Assembly (NCBI GenBank): GCA_946965045.2
Contig: OX337228.1
Span: forward strand, 3,038,001-3,102,000
Origin: Epithemia pelagica
Lineage: Eukaryota; Protista; Bacillariophyta
Reading direction: 5' to 3'
Length of the DNA stretch: 64,000 nucleotides
Shown: piece by piece, positions 1 through 11,322 of the stretch
How the letters are laid out: the number at the start of each line of letters is the position of its first letter
How positions within the stretch are numbered: the stretch's first letter is position 1
The notes under the pieces: generated by a model
Seen by the model: the letters and a program-made list of their open reading frames with translations, nothing else
Database searches by the model: none
What the model was told of the DNA's origin: nothing
Program-made: the position numbers and the translations under genes

Positions 1-2
1 CA

Positions 3-1982
3 TATGTTGAAAATGAACTCAACAAAAAGTCGCATCTTGGAACTGTGCAAGAGACAGAAGATGATGGCAATTCAACAGGAGTAGTTGACGATACAGAGAA
101 AACGAATCGACCCTTTCACGCTGAAATTCTACAAACTTTAAGCGGGGGACTTGCTGACATTTTCTCGGTTCGAACACCGTGGAGCAATAGGCGAGGTGAT
201 GATAACGCCGCAGATGACGCGGCTTACGAAGACGAAGTAGTTGTGGATGAGGCACAAAATCATGAATTACAGGCGGAAAAGTCGGAACTTCAAGCTGAAG
301 CCTTCAACGAGAGAATTGACCCTGAACCATATGGACAATCTGTCCGAACTTTTCAAGCGTCCTTGTCGGATTATGGTTCCATCTACTCGGAGAGCGGCGT
401 GAGACCACACATTCGCCCCTGTCGACTTTTCTGTCGACCCGGGAAAAGCCCCTGTAGACTTTTCTGTCGACCCGGGAAAACGACTCGTGAGAGACAAGAA
501 GCCGAATTAGAGGAACAATCACAACTGAGTAGGGATCTGGAGACAGCAAAAGAAGCGAACAAAGCAGAATCAGAACATACGACTGTAATGTACAACGGTA
601 GTATTGAACGTTTGACAAAAGAAGAATCCCTTCTTCTTCAAGCATGGAGAACAACCAAGGCGAACGCCGACAAATCAGAAAATCAAGGAGCCATTCAAAC
701 GAGCATGTCGGAAAAGACTGCAAGTTCTCACTCAGAAAACCCTGCTCCCAATTCGAATCCTATCAATACATCGCCTTCTAGTTCGGAACGCAGCTCCCTG
801 GTTGAACAAACCTTGTCCAGTGGGGCAGCAGTCTTGACTGCCACGAGATCCTTGTTGTCCCTGACTGAAAGGCAAGCAGAGGCTTCAGAGGCATCAACTC
901 AGGTGGCGGCAAATAAGATCAACAATGGACAGAGATCTACTACCGTTGAAGAATCTTCAAATTCAAGTGTAGTGACAGGACCTGTGAAAGCGGAAGAAGA
1001 ACAAGACAAAGAAAGCATGGCCGCTACCGAAAGAGAGGAAGAGGGTGGCTCACAGAGAAGCACGAGAACATCCAAGAGTAGCAATGTCGGACGCCGGCAA
1101 GCCAGAGCAGAACAAGCGAAACCACAGGCTACTTCGGCAACAACTACAGCAACAGATCCATCTGTGTCAGCTTCCCCAACAGGGCCTGTCGTATCGCAAA
1201 ATCAATCCACGGACAACTCTGGTTCTTCTGAGGGAAGAAGAAATCCAATGGGAAATGAGAAGAAACCGTCCGATTACGGCCAGCCAACTTTCCGGCAGTT
1301 AGCTTCTACAGAAGAAAGAGACGATGTTTCACATTCTGTTGAGGACAGTCCTGCGCTGCGAAAAGATAGTTCCACCACGAGAGGCCGAAGGCCCCGTTAT
1401 CGTCCCCCAACTTGGACATCCTCGCAAGACTCTGATCTGAAGAAGTCTGGCGTAGAAGCCGACATACCCTTGTACAAGCTTCATCGAAGCACTGAATTTG
1501 ACCGCGGAACACGTAGGGACAGTCTCTCTCAACCATATTTATCAGCGATGCCAGCTCCGTCAATAGAAGAATCGGAGATTTCCGTGAAGCATCGCGAAGT
1601 GGACAGATATACATCTTTGGAACAATCTGAACCAGCCGCGAATCTCACAGAGAAAACCAGCAATAGTCGCAGTGCTCCACGGGTAAGATTTGAAGGAGTG
1701 GGTATCCCCAATCAATTGCCGAAACAACATTCAAGACGAAGAAGACGATCCATTTATCAACGTACAATGCCACCTGCTGTGCCGGACCGTGTCGCTTCAA
1801 TTCACGGAATTTTGCGATCCGAAGATGAAGCCAGGCTCGAGTCGTATCAACAAAAACTCCAGCATGCATATGATGTAGAATCGTCGTATGATGGGGGTGT
1901 GCTGGATCTCTATGAGTCTGATGAATATTCTTCGACTGGCGGACTCATGTCGCTAGCGGCGCAATCTCATCACTTTTACTAA
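3..1982 (+). CDS. Low-complexity S/T/E/Q-rich hypothetical protein, 5' end outside the window
   Basis: The frame is open from position 3 (YVENELNKKSHLGTVQ...) to TAA at 1980-1982, about 659 codons; no recognisable domain; likely disordered. Confidence 0.7.
   Translation, partial: YVENELNKKSHLGTVQETEDDGNSTGVVDDTEKTNRPFHAEILQTLSGGLADIFSVRTPWSNRRGDDNAADDAAYEDEVVVDEAQNHELQAEKSELQAEAFNERIDPEPYGQSVRTFQASLSDYGSIYSESGVRPHIRPCRLFCRPGKSPCRLFCRPGKTTRERQEAELEEQSQLSRDLETAKEANKAESEHTTVMYNGSIERLTKEESLLLQAWRTTKANADKSENQGAIQTSMSEKTASSHSENPAPNSNPINTSPSSSERSSLVEQTLSSGAAVLTATRSLLSLTERQAEASEASTQVAANKINNGQRSTTVEESSNSSVVTGPVKAEEEQDKESMAATEREEEGGSQRSTRTSKSSNVGRRQARAEQAKPQATSATTTATDPSVSASPTGPVVSQNQSTDNSGSSEGRRNPMGNEKKPSDYGQPTFRQLASTEERDDVSHSVEDSPALRKDSSTTRGRRPRYRPPTWTSSQDSDLKKSGVEADIPLYKLHRSTEFDRGTRRDSLSQPYLSAMPAPSIEESEISVKHREVDRYTSLEQSEPAANLTEKTSNSRSAPRVRFEGVGIPNQLPKQHSRRRRRSIYQRTMPPAVPDRVASIHGILRSEDEARLESYQQKLQHAYDVESSYDGGVLDLYESDEYSSTGGLMSLAAQSHHFY
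415..480 (+). repeat. 33-bp tandem duplication (2 copies, 1 mismatch)
   Basis: GCCCCTGTCGACTTTTCTGTCGACCCGGGAAAA (415-447) followed by GCCCCTGTAGACTTTTCTGTCGACCCGGGAAAA (448-480). Confidence 0.95.
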
Positions 1983-2118
1983 TATATTACATTTGCGGGA
2001 ACGCGTTTCGTTTGTTGTGGACGTCGTACCTTCATCCGAATAGTCGGTCGTAAACAAACGAATTTTGACATGCAAGCTCGAAAGGCGGAAGACTCGTTAG
2101 ACATTGAATTCTTTCTGA

Positions 2119-2162
2119 CAGAAGCAAACTCATAAATAGCAGAAGCAAACTCGCATAAATAG
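2119..2162 (+). repeat. Intergenic 21/23-bp tandem duplication
   Basis: CAGAAGCAAACTCATAAATAG (2119-2139) then CAGAAGCAAACTCGCATAAATAG (2140-2162). Confidence 0.9.
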
Positions 2163-2268
2163 CACCTTATTAGTGACGGAGATGGATTGGAAAATCGTAG
2201 CTAGCATAGTCAGAGTACCGAGTACCGACTGCAATGCATTGCTAATTGCTAATGCTTCGGTTAAAAGC

Positions 2269-2282
2269 TACTCCTAGGAGTA
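2269..2282. promoter_or_regulatory. Perfect 14-bp palindrome TACTCCTAGGAGTA (recurrent intergenic motif)
   Basis: Read directly; about 160-170 bp upstream of the PRP38B ATG. Regulatory role is inferred. Confidence 0.4.
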
Positions 2283-2439
2283 CGATGGGATGATGGGGGT
2301 AGGTTAGTCGAGTCGTGCTTCTTGCGACGCTTTTCTCGTAACCTTAGCACCACCAACGGCGACAACGATGAACTTTTTCCATCGAGTTGTCTAGACACGT
2401 CTTTCTTGCTGTCACGTCAACAAACGCAACACTTTGATT

Positions 2440-3816
2440 ATGTCTCGCGCAGCCCTATGGCGGCAAGAAGGAAATGCCAGAGAGCGTGAACGGCAAGCCG
2501 AAGAGTTGTATCAAACGGTAGTGGCAGAAGGACGAGAACGAGCGGCTCGTTCCAAGTCGATTGTGCCGTTGTGGGGCCCAGACAATGATTCCTTCCATTG
2601 GAATCCTCTCCTACTGAAAAATACCATTCATTCACCCTACTTTCAGAAATGTTGCAAAAATTTGTCTGACTGGAATGCCGTCGTCGACGAGATTTATTAC
2701 GAAGTGAAACATGTCCAACCGTTTGCAGTGGCCAGCCACAAGACACCCAGCACGGCCTTTTGTTTGCTGCTGCGAATGCTTGCTCTCCGAATGACGGACC
2801 ATCAAATGGATTTGACATTAAAGCATGCTGATTCCCCGTACATCCGTGCAATTGGATTTTTATACCTACGATATGCTGGTACACCGGAACAAATAATCAA
2901 CTGGATACAGCCGTATTTATACGACGACGAACCGTTGGTTGTTGAAGCTGGCCACGGAGCGCCCTCGACAACAATAGGTCAATTCGTGAGAGACTTGTTT
3001 CGTTCGAGGGATTTTCATGGAACGCCCTTACCACGATTTCCTAACGAAGTGGAACGAGCCATTCAAGTGTTGTTGTTGCAGGCCGAAAAAGTATCGGAAC
3101 GGGCCTTGTTACATGCCAAAAATGCACAGCGCATGTCCTACTTCCAAGCTTTGGGAAATGAGGTCATGGCATTATACGGGGACGATGAAAACCCCATTAC
3201 ATGGTACAAAGCTGTCATTGACCGAGTTATTACTCGTGACGATGTTACGGGTGCATCGCTAGTCCACCCCAAGTTTGTCGTCACCTTTCCTGAATACGGA
3301 AATACAGAAACTGTTCTACTGGGTGAATTGGATATGATTAACGGGGGAAGCTGGAGACACGAGGACGCTAGTAGTAGTCGAGGAAGCAATCGCGACTACG
3401 ACAGGCACCAAGGACGAGATCGCCCCGGCACATCTTCTCGTGGTCGCCGGGATGGTGATTTGTACGACGAAGTCCGTCGTCACGAACGTGATTCGGCTAC
3501 GTCATCGTCGGGTAGGGCTGGATGGGCACGGCGACCCCCAACCACAAAAAATGCCTTGTCGGTCCAGGCTGCACGACCGAAACACTCTGTAAACGATGAT
3601 TCATCCAATCCTACATCACGACGACGTCCATTTGACTCTGAACATGGTCATGGTGGAACAACAGGAATGGACAATGCTGACAGAACCTCACGACAGAAGC
3701 CCCATGGTAACCACCAAGAATCCCAGAGCAACGGGAGAACCGAAAGAAAACGGTCGGCGGAAGAAATGGCTGCCATTCAAGAAAAGAAACGTAACTTGAT
3801 GGCCAGATATGGATAA
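2440..3816 (+). CDS. PRPF38B: Pre-mRNA splicing factor PRP38B-like protein with an internal Tudor domain
   Basis: VPLWG...SPYF...VVDEIYYEVKHVQP...STAFCLLLRM...DSPYIRAIGFLYLRY matches the PRP38 domain of the B type; SMN-like Tudor at about 3151-3336; R/D/S-rich tail; ATG at 2440. Confidence 0.9.
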   Translation: MSRAALWRQEGNARERERQAEELYQTVVAEGRERAARSKSIVPLWGPDNDSFHWNPLLLKNTIHSPYFQKCCKNLSDWNAVVDEIYYEVKHVQPFAVASHKTPSTAFCLLLRMLALRMTDHQMDLTLKHADSPYIRAIGFLYLRYAGTPEQIINWIQPYLYDDEPLVVEAGHGAPSTTIGQFVRDLFRSRDFHGTPLPRFPNEVERAIQVLLLQAEKVSERALLHAKNAQRMSYFQALGNEVMALYGDDENPITWYKAVIDRVITRDDVTGASLVHPKFVVTFPEYGNTETVLLGELDMINGGSWRHEDASSSRGSNRDYDRHQGRDRPGTSSRGRRDGDLYDEVRRHERDSATSSSGRAGWARRPPTTKNALSVQAARPKHSVNDDSSNPTSRRRPFDSEHGHGGTTGMDNADRTSRQKPHGNHQESQSNGRTERKRSAEEMAAIQEKKRNLMARYG

Positions 3817-4734
3817 GATTCACCAAGAAATGTGGTAAGAGAACGACGCCTAGTACCTACCACCTGTGTTTTCTTTGTATTTCTGACGAAGTTTTACACT
3901 TGTACACCCCGAGTTGATGGGTGGAAAGGGGAAAGGCCGAGGCCATGGATGATTGCTTGAGCTAGAAAACAACTACTTGTAGGTTGTGGATGAAAGCGGA
4001 TTGCTCGAATGGGAAATATGAATTGGATGGTAATTTTGCTGCTAAGATCAAGGGTAAAGAAAACACATCTTGTGATTCCAAACCAGTACACCAGCTGAAC
4101 AGCGCATTATACATCATTGTATGCTCTTTGTTCGAATGGAATCATCTCCGTCGTAGGTCTGACCGTTGCGAGGATGTTTTGCTGCAGTCAAAATGATAAA
4201 ATTTGGAGTATGTGGGCGACGACAAAAGAAGTTAGTGACAAACGTAATGGCCAAGGACATACCGTATTGATCGTCATGGTCATACCACCAGTCATCCGGA
4301 GCATCCTGACTGTCGGTGTCGCTGCTTTCTGTTTTCTGTCGCATGCACCTCTTCTCTTCACCTTGCGCACGGGATCAAGATCAACATTGTTATGAATTGT
4401 GCTTTGAATCGGGATTCGGGAGTGAACTTCAAAATATCAGGCTTAAGTGGAATTTTTCGTGTGTCTGTCCGGCTATCGTTTTTAGCGAATGGATCTTCCG
4501 AGTAGCGAGACGAGAGCGCAGCAGCCACAAATGCGTCCTGGATGGGCGATGAATAAAAGCTTTTCCATCTATTTCTTGTTCACGATTGGCGACAGGATTT
4601 TGCAGCAACGCCACCCAAATAGGGTGCCAATAGACGAGAGACACAAGTTCTTCGTACTGTCTGTGAGGGCTGCTTCTTACAAGTAGCCAGTCTTTGTTCG
4701 TTGTAGTACTTTTGTCATCCAGGAGTGAGAGACG

Positions 4735-6288
4735 ATGAAGAAGCTCTCTCAAATGTTGCAAAGCAATTCTAGCCTCGCGTCAACCTCCAACTCCTCGGTG
4801 CCAACAACAGATAGCAAAGGTCGTGTCTGTACCTTGGAGAGTAAAGAGGTTGACTCAATTATCAAAGGATTGACTTTTGCGACCCTCAGTATCATTGAAG
4901 ATGATGAAGGAGCCAAACGTCCCTACCAACTAGAGGCAATCAAGCAGATCGTTGGATCCAATGAAGAAGCCAGCAAAGGCCTCAATGAGTTGCTAGAAAA
5001 CTCATTTGGCATGCAGCTTGACTGTCGCATTGACGTCAGGGGATCTTCCGAAAGTGGCTATCCTCTTGGTGTTCAAGGATACATTGCTCACAATGACAAA
5101 ACCATTGTCCTCTCATACAAATTGCAGAAAACGGTGTTTCAGTTCTTGGAAGACATGGACTCAACGAGCACGGATTGGGATATTCACAGGCACACATCTT
5201 CGACCTCTTCAGCAGGTTTGCTAGTGGACCAGTTTATGTCAATGTGTAGTAATGTCGGAGGGTTCTTGAAGCCTGGTGTACACACAGGGTTTTATCAGAA
5301 CTTTTTGGCAACGCTCCCTCTGATCAAAGCACATATTAACCCTCTTCTTACACCCGACCAGCCCCGCCGATCCCTCTTTGTCGTCGGACATTCAATTGGC
5401 GCAGGAGTGGCAACCTTGGCCGCCTGCTATTTCCTTTTGGAGTTTGACTGGGCCAATATACCTCACAGGCTAGTCAATGTAACTGGAGGAAGCCCTCGAA
5501 GCTGCTCGCAGCACATGAAAGCCATGATTGACGAGAGAAGGAAAACCTACGAAGATTCCGTTCGACTGTTTCGTGTGATACAAGAGGACGACATTGTACC
5601 TCTTATGCCTTCCAGCAACTATGGTTTCCAACATGTATTTCCATACGTTTCGATTGACGAGAAGGGCAATATAACGAAACAGGGAGATCCACCAATTGTA
5701 CGGAGCAGCTCGTTCCGAACAGATGGTGGCGTCAACGGTACAACGGCATCGATTACGGAAGATAAAGGAAAGAAAGATCGAGTGGCACGGTCACCAAAGT
5801 CGTTGCGTTCACATACACACAATTCGTACATGGAACCATTTCTCCGGGTAAAAGGTGTCAACACCGTTGCCGAGCTCCGACTCAAAGCCTTGGCCCCATT
5901 CTCTCTCCATCCCATCAAACCAGCCAGCGACAGCAGCACCAAAAAGAAATCATCGTATCCCAACACTCCTAGAATCAAGAGCGCACCAATGGCAAACAGC
6001 AACAGTGCCAATGGCAACAAGAGCGGTTCTTGGTGGAAGAACAAGAGCAAGAGCCGAAAACCAACTGGGAACAACAAAACACAGAAAGCAAGTAACAACA
6101 AATCAAAGAAAGCGGTAGAGGTTGAGAAGACATACGGCCCTGATGATATGCAAGAAAAGTCTGGGTCCGTAGCTTTGTCCGAGGATTTTTCAAGCGAGCC
6201 ATCAACATCACCTGGGATTGTCCTTCACACAAGTAAACCTCCCTCCAACAAACGGAACCAAAGAGGAATTGTGGTAGTGGGACGCTGA
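4735..6288 (+). CDS. Class 3 (fungal-type) lipase with a basic, disordered C-terminal tail
   Basis: GVHTGFYQNF; nucleophile elbow FVVGHSIGAGVATLAA; RVIQEDDIVPLMP (Asp); HTHNSY (His). Confidence 0.85.
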   Translation: MKKLSQMLQSNSSLASTSNSSVPTTDSKGRVCTLESKEVDSIIKGLTFATLSIIEDDEGAKRPYQLEAIKQIVGSNEEASKGLNELLENSFGMQLDCRIDVRGSSESGYPLGVQGYIAHNDKTIVLSYKLQKTVFQFLEDMDSTSTDWDIHRHTSSTSSAGLLVDQFMSMCSNVGGFLKPGVHTGFYQNFLATLPLIKAHINPLLTPDQPRRSLFVVGHSIGAGVATLAACYFLLEFDWANIPHRLVNVTGGSPRSCSQHMKAMIDERRKTYEDSVRLFRVIQEDDIVPLMPSSNYGFQHVFPYVSIDEKGNITKQGDPPIVRSSSFRTDGGVNGTTASITEDKGKKDRVARSPKSLRSHTHNSYMEPFLRVKGVNTVAELRLKALAPFSLHPIKPASDSSTKKKSSYPNTPRIKSAPMANSNSANGNKSGSWWKNKSKSRKPTGNNKTQKASNNKSKKAVEVEKTYGPDDMQEKSGSVALSEDFSSEPSTSPGIVLHTSKPPSNKRNQRGIVVVGR

Positions 6289-6715
6289 TAACTCTTTTTC
6301 CTTTTGGAACATCATTCATGGTTTCCGTGGGCACGATCACAAGGGAAGGACCAACGCGACGGCGTGATCTCTACGCATGTAATTATTTGCGGTTCCTGCT
6401 CTTTGGTTTTCCTCGCTCTCCCGCACAGAATTCCCCAACGTTTTCTGTCTTGTTGTATTCCTAGTATTAATAATCTCATTCTGTTCTAAACAAATGCTCG
6501 CTCAAATCCACCTACCTGAATTTGTTCGTCTTCACTAATAGTCCGTCGTCTTGTTAAACAAACATGAAAGAATGTTACACGGAAAAGCTTAACTTCTAGT
6601 ACTTCGGACCGATTCCTCACTTGTCATTACTGGATGGTTTTCTCTCACTATCTTTCCTTCCTTTTCAACTAGTAGTTTCCTTCATTTTACATATTGTAAT
6701 GCTGCGCTTCCTTCT

Positions 6716-7849
6716 TTACCCACTGTAACCACGACGAGACGAAAAGTTGGAGGATGTGGTTCCACCAACACCGCTTCGTGTGAATTCATTGCGTTCCAAA
6801 CGTCGGTCCAAAAGATCGGACAAAGGTGCCAAATCGTCTGGATTCAAATTTGTCTTCTCTGACAATTCTCGTACCAAGCTTTCACCCGGACTGCGACCAG
6901 TGCTCCTCAAGCTAGTACTACTGGGTGTAACGCGCGCATCAGTGTCGTATCGACGGCGACTACTCGCAGAAGAAGGAGTACGGCGAGTATCTTCCATGGA
7001 ATAGGAATGGGTACTTGTAGAAGCCGCAGTGCTACGACTGGTTGGTGCCGTTCGATAACGACTACGCTCGTAATCAGTTCCTGTCGATGAGGTCACTGGA
7101 TTCGCGGGAGAACTGAATGTTCGGTTCCCGCTTTGTTGTTCATACTCCCGAATTCGGTGGCGAAGTCTTTCGTTCTGCTGGATAACATCGTCTCGTTCGG
7201 AACGTGCGTCTCTTAGCAGCTTTCTCAGGTCATCATTTTCCGATTCTAATTGAGACTTTTCATCCAGCATGGCTTCTCGCATTTCCTGAGAAGCGAGTTT
7301 CTCGTCGCGGATTTGTTGAACCGTTTTCTGCAATTCTTCATTATGGCCTGTCACACCTCTCAACTTGCGCTCGAGGTCGTCGCGGTCCTGTCGAAGATTG
7401 GAAAAGTCTTGCTCCATCGCATCAAATTTTTCTTCCAATCTTGCCTTGTCCTCTTGAAGTTGCGAGGCACGATCACTCGAAGCCTCAATGGTATCCATGA
7501 GGTGATTGATACTGGCTTTCCAATTAGCAGAAGTGGGTTGCCGTAAACCTCGTCCTGGAGCAGGTGTGTTCACAGGTAAAGGTGCTTCATCAATGTAGCC
7601 TGGATCGTCACGCGGTGAATGCGTTGTAGTAGAAGCATAGGAGGAATGGGTGTTGTTGCCATTTGTTCGTCCCTCGTAGAATTGGGGTCTATCGTCAACC
7701 ACCACTCGTCTGCGTCTTCCAGAACCATTGAGATTGAGAGGGGTAGTAGATTCCTTCATCAATCCAGGATTCCTGACGAAAAAATCATCCAGCTCATTTC
7801 GGAACTTTTCGACAAAATGTTCCTCGATTTGATCTCTCGAATACGACAT
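6716..7849 (-). CDS. Coiled-coil hypothetical protein
   Basis: Long ORF with ATG at 7849 (MSYSRDQ); central heptad-rich region (LQEDKARLEEKFDAMEQDF...LRHRIREYEQQ); S/T/R-rich tail. Confidence 0.75.
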   Translation of the reverse strand: MSYSRDQIEEHFVEKFRNELDDFFVRNPGLMKESTTPLNLNGSGRRRRVVVDDRPQFYEGRTNGNNTHSSYASTTTHSPRDDPGYIDEAPLPVNTPAPGRGLRQPTSANWKASINHLMDTIEASSDRASQLQEDKARLEEKFDAMEQDFSNLRQDRDDLERKLRGVTGHNEELQKTVQQIRDEKLASQEMREAMLDEKSQLESENDDLRKLLRDARSERDDVIQQNERLRHRIREYEQQSGNRTFSSPANPVTSSTGTDYERSRYRTAPTSRSTAASTSTHSYSMEDTRRTPSSASSRRRYDTDARVTPSSTSLRSTGRSPGESLVRELSEKTNLNPDDLAPLSDLLDRRLERNEFTRSGVGGTTSSNFSSRRGYSG

Positions 7850-8044
7850 GATAACAGCTATCCCGAAACACCGATTCAATGACCTTGTCGATTGTAACTG
7901 CTTCCTAAGGAGACCGCCTAACTACTGGGAAATCCAATGAAATCGGGCTTGTGTTGAGCCTCATGAACAGCAATGACTTTGTTGGTGTGTTGGCTGTTGG
8001 CACTTAGCGCCCTCGGCACCCTCAAGATACTCAGAAAAATGTGC

Positions 8045-8082
8045 TAGGAGTACTTATGCGCGTACTCCTCTAGCTACTCCTA
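8045..8082. promoter_or_regulatory. Cluster of three TAGGAGTA/TACTCCT motifs including an 8-bp inverted repeat
   Basis: AGGAGTAC (8046-8053) and GTACTCCT (8062-8069), plus TACTCCTA (8075-8082); about 200 bp upstream of the 7849 ATG. Confidence 0.4.
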
Positions 8083-8400
8083 CAATATCCGTAGGTAGTC
8101 TATGCCAGTTTCGTGCGGAAAGCGCGCCTAGAGTCTAGCTAGAGGTAGAGCGAACGAAAGCCATGATTAGCAAATCGCGTTATCTTGGTATCAGCAAAAA
8201 TGAGAATCATCCCAAACCAAAATGGAAGGTGATTTCCTGAATAGGTCACCCGATGCTCTTGCTGCAACAATCCATTGGGAACACGAGGTCTCCACATCTC
8301 GGTTGCTTACGTAGAGCCTATTTGCGATCCAAGTCCTTCCCCCTCGATTGCAGTCTCACCCTCTTTTGACTGTAATACTGTTTCCTCGTCATAGTGCTTC

Positions 8401-11322
8401 TCATCCCGGACGGTTGAAATCAATAATGGCCACGACATTCGATGAAAAACAGGCCGCCACTCTTGTTTCTTCCTTATTCCATGCAACTTCGAATATATCA
8501 CCTTTCCCATTGTAGCTTTTGATATGCTTTGCTTCTTCAATATCCCATACATATAATTGTCCCGCTAGTGATCCACTCGCCAAATAGTCTCCCGAAGGTG
8601 AAAAGGCGACGGAATATACAGAATCTTTGTGTCGATTAAAAACACGATAACACGAACCGTCAACGACATTCCAAAGTCTCACCGAACCATCAAACGAGGC
8701 TGTGGCCAACAGAGCCTTTTTGTTAGGATGCCGCGAGCCTGGCCCTGTCGGACTCCACTTCACAGTGTAGATTTCTTGTTCGTGGCTTTTGAAGTCGTAC
8801 AAGGGTTCGGTTCGATCCGACTCCAAATCCCAAATCTTCGCCGTGCAATCATCCGAACAACTCGCCAGCAATTGGCCAGACGGATCCCACTTGACGGCAT
8901 TGACTTCATCTGAGTGCCCTACGTACACCTTCAACGGTCGTGACATTCCCACCCGACAAATATGCACCGTTCGGTCCGTCGAACAAGAAGCAAACGTGAT
9001 ATTGTCTCTCCAATCGACATCCAACGCTGGTGCATTGTGTTCGGTAAACTGTTGTTCCACAAATCCAGTTGACCCGGAAACATCCCAAACAATTGTCGTC
9101 TTGTCATAACTGCCTGACAATAAGAAATTTCCCTGTTTGTTCCATTTCAGTGAGAAAATCGGCCCCGTATGACGTCTCAATGTATGAATCAAGGCACCAT
9201 TGCGAGCCCAGACTCGAGCTACGCCATCGTAACTTCCTGTTGCCAACAAGGTACCGTCCGAAGACCATTCCAGTGTTGTCACATCTTTGTTCTTGCGATC
9301 TCTAGGGTCTGATCCATGGGGCAACAATTTGACCGTCGTCACACCCGCTGCAGCTTTGGTACCACCGACTTGCCATATACGAGCCGACGCATCACCACTA
9401 CCCGTGGCTATCAAATTGGTATAGACAGGATTCCAGGCACACATGAATACTTCTGATTCATGCATTTCCAACTTTAGAATGTGTTTCTGTGGTGTGTCCG
9501 TATCCAAATCTTCCGGATTGCTTGCGAGGCTTTCACTTGACTCCATCCGTTTCACAACGGGGTTGTTGCTTGGCTTGTTATTGCTGGCGTTGGTTTCGGC
9601 TCGCTCACCATTCAATCCTCGAATGCCTCCAGCACGATGTGGTGGTGGTTGTTGTTCTACCACAAGTGATTTTCCATTACCAGGGGATGGGTGAATTACT
9701 TGACCATTTAGAAACTGCTGTTCTTGACCAGCTTGGTGTATCGGTCTAAACTCTTGATGTCCCACAAGGTTGGCGTGTTGTGCGTTGCTCCGATATTCCA
9801 CGTGTTGTTGCTGTTGTTGATCGTCTGGGTTTTGTGGTTGCTGATGTTGCGAATGGACCGCTACTTGTTGCTCTACATCCATTGCGGTAGACGGTCCATG
9901 CGGTGCAACTGCAACAGGTGTAAGAGCTCCTCGATTGTTGGCGGCAGAGGCAGCCACTGCTGCGGTGTTCACTTTATTGTGTAACTCTACTTCGGAGACA
10001 CCCGGACCTGCTGCCAAACCAGCAATCGTTTCAGAGACACGATGTACTTCGTCATTGTGGAGCTTTTGTCGCTTGGTTCCTCGTTTCGGACCCGGTCCTC
10101 CCGCTGGTCCTCCTCCTGATGCACCTGCACCTCTTGAGGTTTGTTGCGCTTGCTTGGAGGAGGTGGAAGCAGCAGCAGCCGAAGCCGGGGCAGTCTGTGG
10201 TTTGGGTTGTTTTGGCTGAGACTGTGAAGGAACAGTTGCAGCAGATATATTAGCTGTTGCATTTGTCGCAGAATGCTGTTGCTGCGATGCCAGGGCCATG
10301 GCATCGGCTAATGTGGAGGCATCTGTTGCTGTGGCCAGTTGTTGCGCCCCTTGTTGCAAGGCCAAGATATCAGCCGCGGTCCGAGAAGCATGCGGTGCGG
10401 CAAAGGCCGTGGCCAAACTAGTGAGTGGAGTACCTGCTGAGGCTGCCGCGGCCGCTGCCATTTGTTCCGCCGCTGCCAACTGTTGTTGTTGATGCTGCTG
10501 CTGTTGTAGCTGCAATGCTAAGGCTTGGTGCCTTGCCAGAGCAGCCGTATTGGAAATGTGTTCGGGCAGTACCAGGTTCGAGGGAGGGGCAGACATAGGC
10601 ATGGACGTTCCCCCATTTGTGCCGGTAGTCATTATACTGTTGTTTGGAGGTTGTGTTGAGGACAGTGGAGGTGGAGTTGTTGCGGGTGCCGATGTTGCGT
10701 TCAAAAGCACGAGACCGTTGGCATTGTTGTTTGGCTGTATCGATTGTGACGCTTGTAACGATAGGGCTTTATGCTCTGCTTCGATTTTTGCTTCAGCTTC
10801 TAACCGTGCCTTTACTGCCGCTGCTGCTGTAGCCGGAGGAACGTTAAGTTGGAGCGGTGGATCCCTCCTTCCAATGGCAGAAATTGCCGATTGAGATAAC
10901 AGAGAAAATTCAGACATATCGTAGTTATTGGATGCAGCCGACGCAGCGTTCTTTTTGCCAGAACCCTCTTTCCCCTTTTCCCCTTCTTTCCCTAGTCCCT
11001 CTAGTCTCAATCGTTCCTCAATACCCACATACTGTAACCCCTTTTGCAAAAAGGTCACCAACGCTCCGGGAGGAAGCGTTTTATCGGCTGAACGTAAACC
11101 CGTGCTCCCGAGCATACTCTCATGCGCAAATGAAAAAGCGGAATGAACATATCCACATTCCTGGAGATATCTGTCGTATCAAGTGATCCATTTCAAGGGC
11201 GTAACGAATAAATTAAAAAAGTTAAGAGGTCAAAACCCAGAGCCAAAGGCCGATGATCAGGCGCACGAAGTTCCAACGTACCGAAAAACTAAATAATTCA
11301 CTTCATCGCTTGTAATGCTCAT
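8401..11322 (-). CDS. TBL1XR1: TBL1/TBL1XR1 (Ebi/SIF2/HOS15)-like LisH-WD40 corepressor subunit; exons 11322-11282 and 11170-8401; 936 aa
   Basis: Removing intron 11281-11171 (GTACGT...CAG) gives [32 protein letters not shown] (LisH), then PGALVTFLQKGLQY; C-terminal WD40 repeats HESEVFMCAWNP, ATGSGDASARIW, KDVTTLEWSSDG. Confidence 0.93.

Noticed and set aside
415-480. 33-bp repeats as a CRISPR array
   Set aside because: Only two adjacent copies, no spacer, inside a eukaryotic ORF, and no cas genes.
3894-4734. Short ORFs between PRP38B and the lipase (4114-4344 minus, 4117-4395 plus, 4429-4761 minus)
   Set aside because: Bounded by nearby stops, no recognisable motif and no convincing splice path; a degenerate remnant or lncRNA cannot be excluded.
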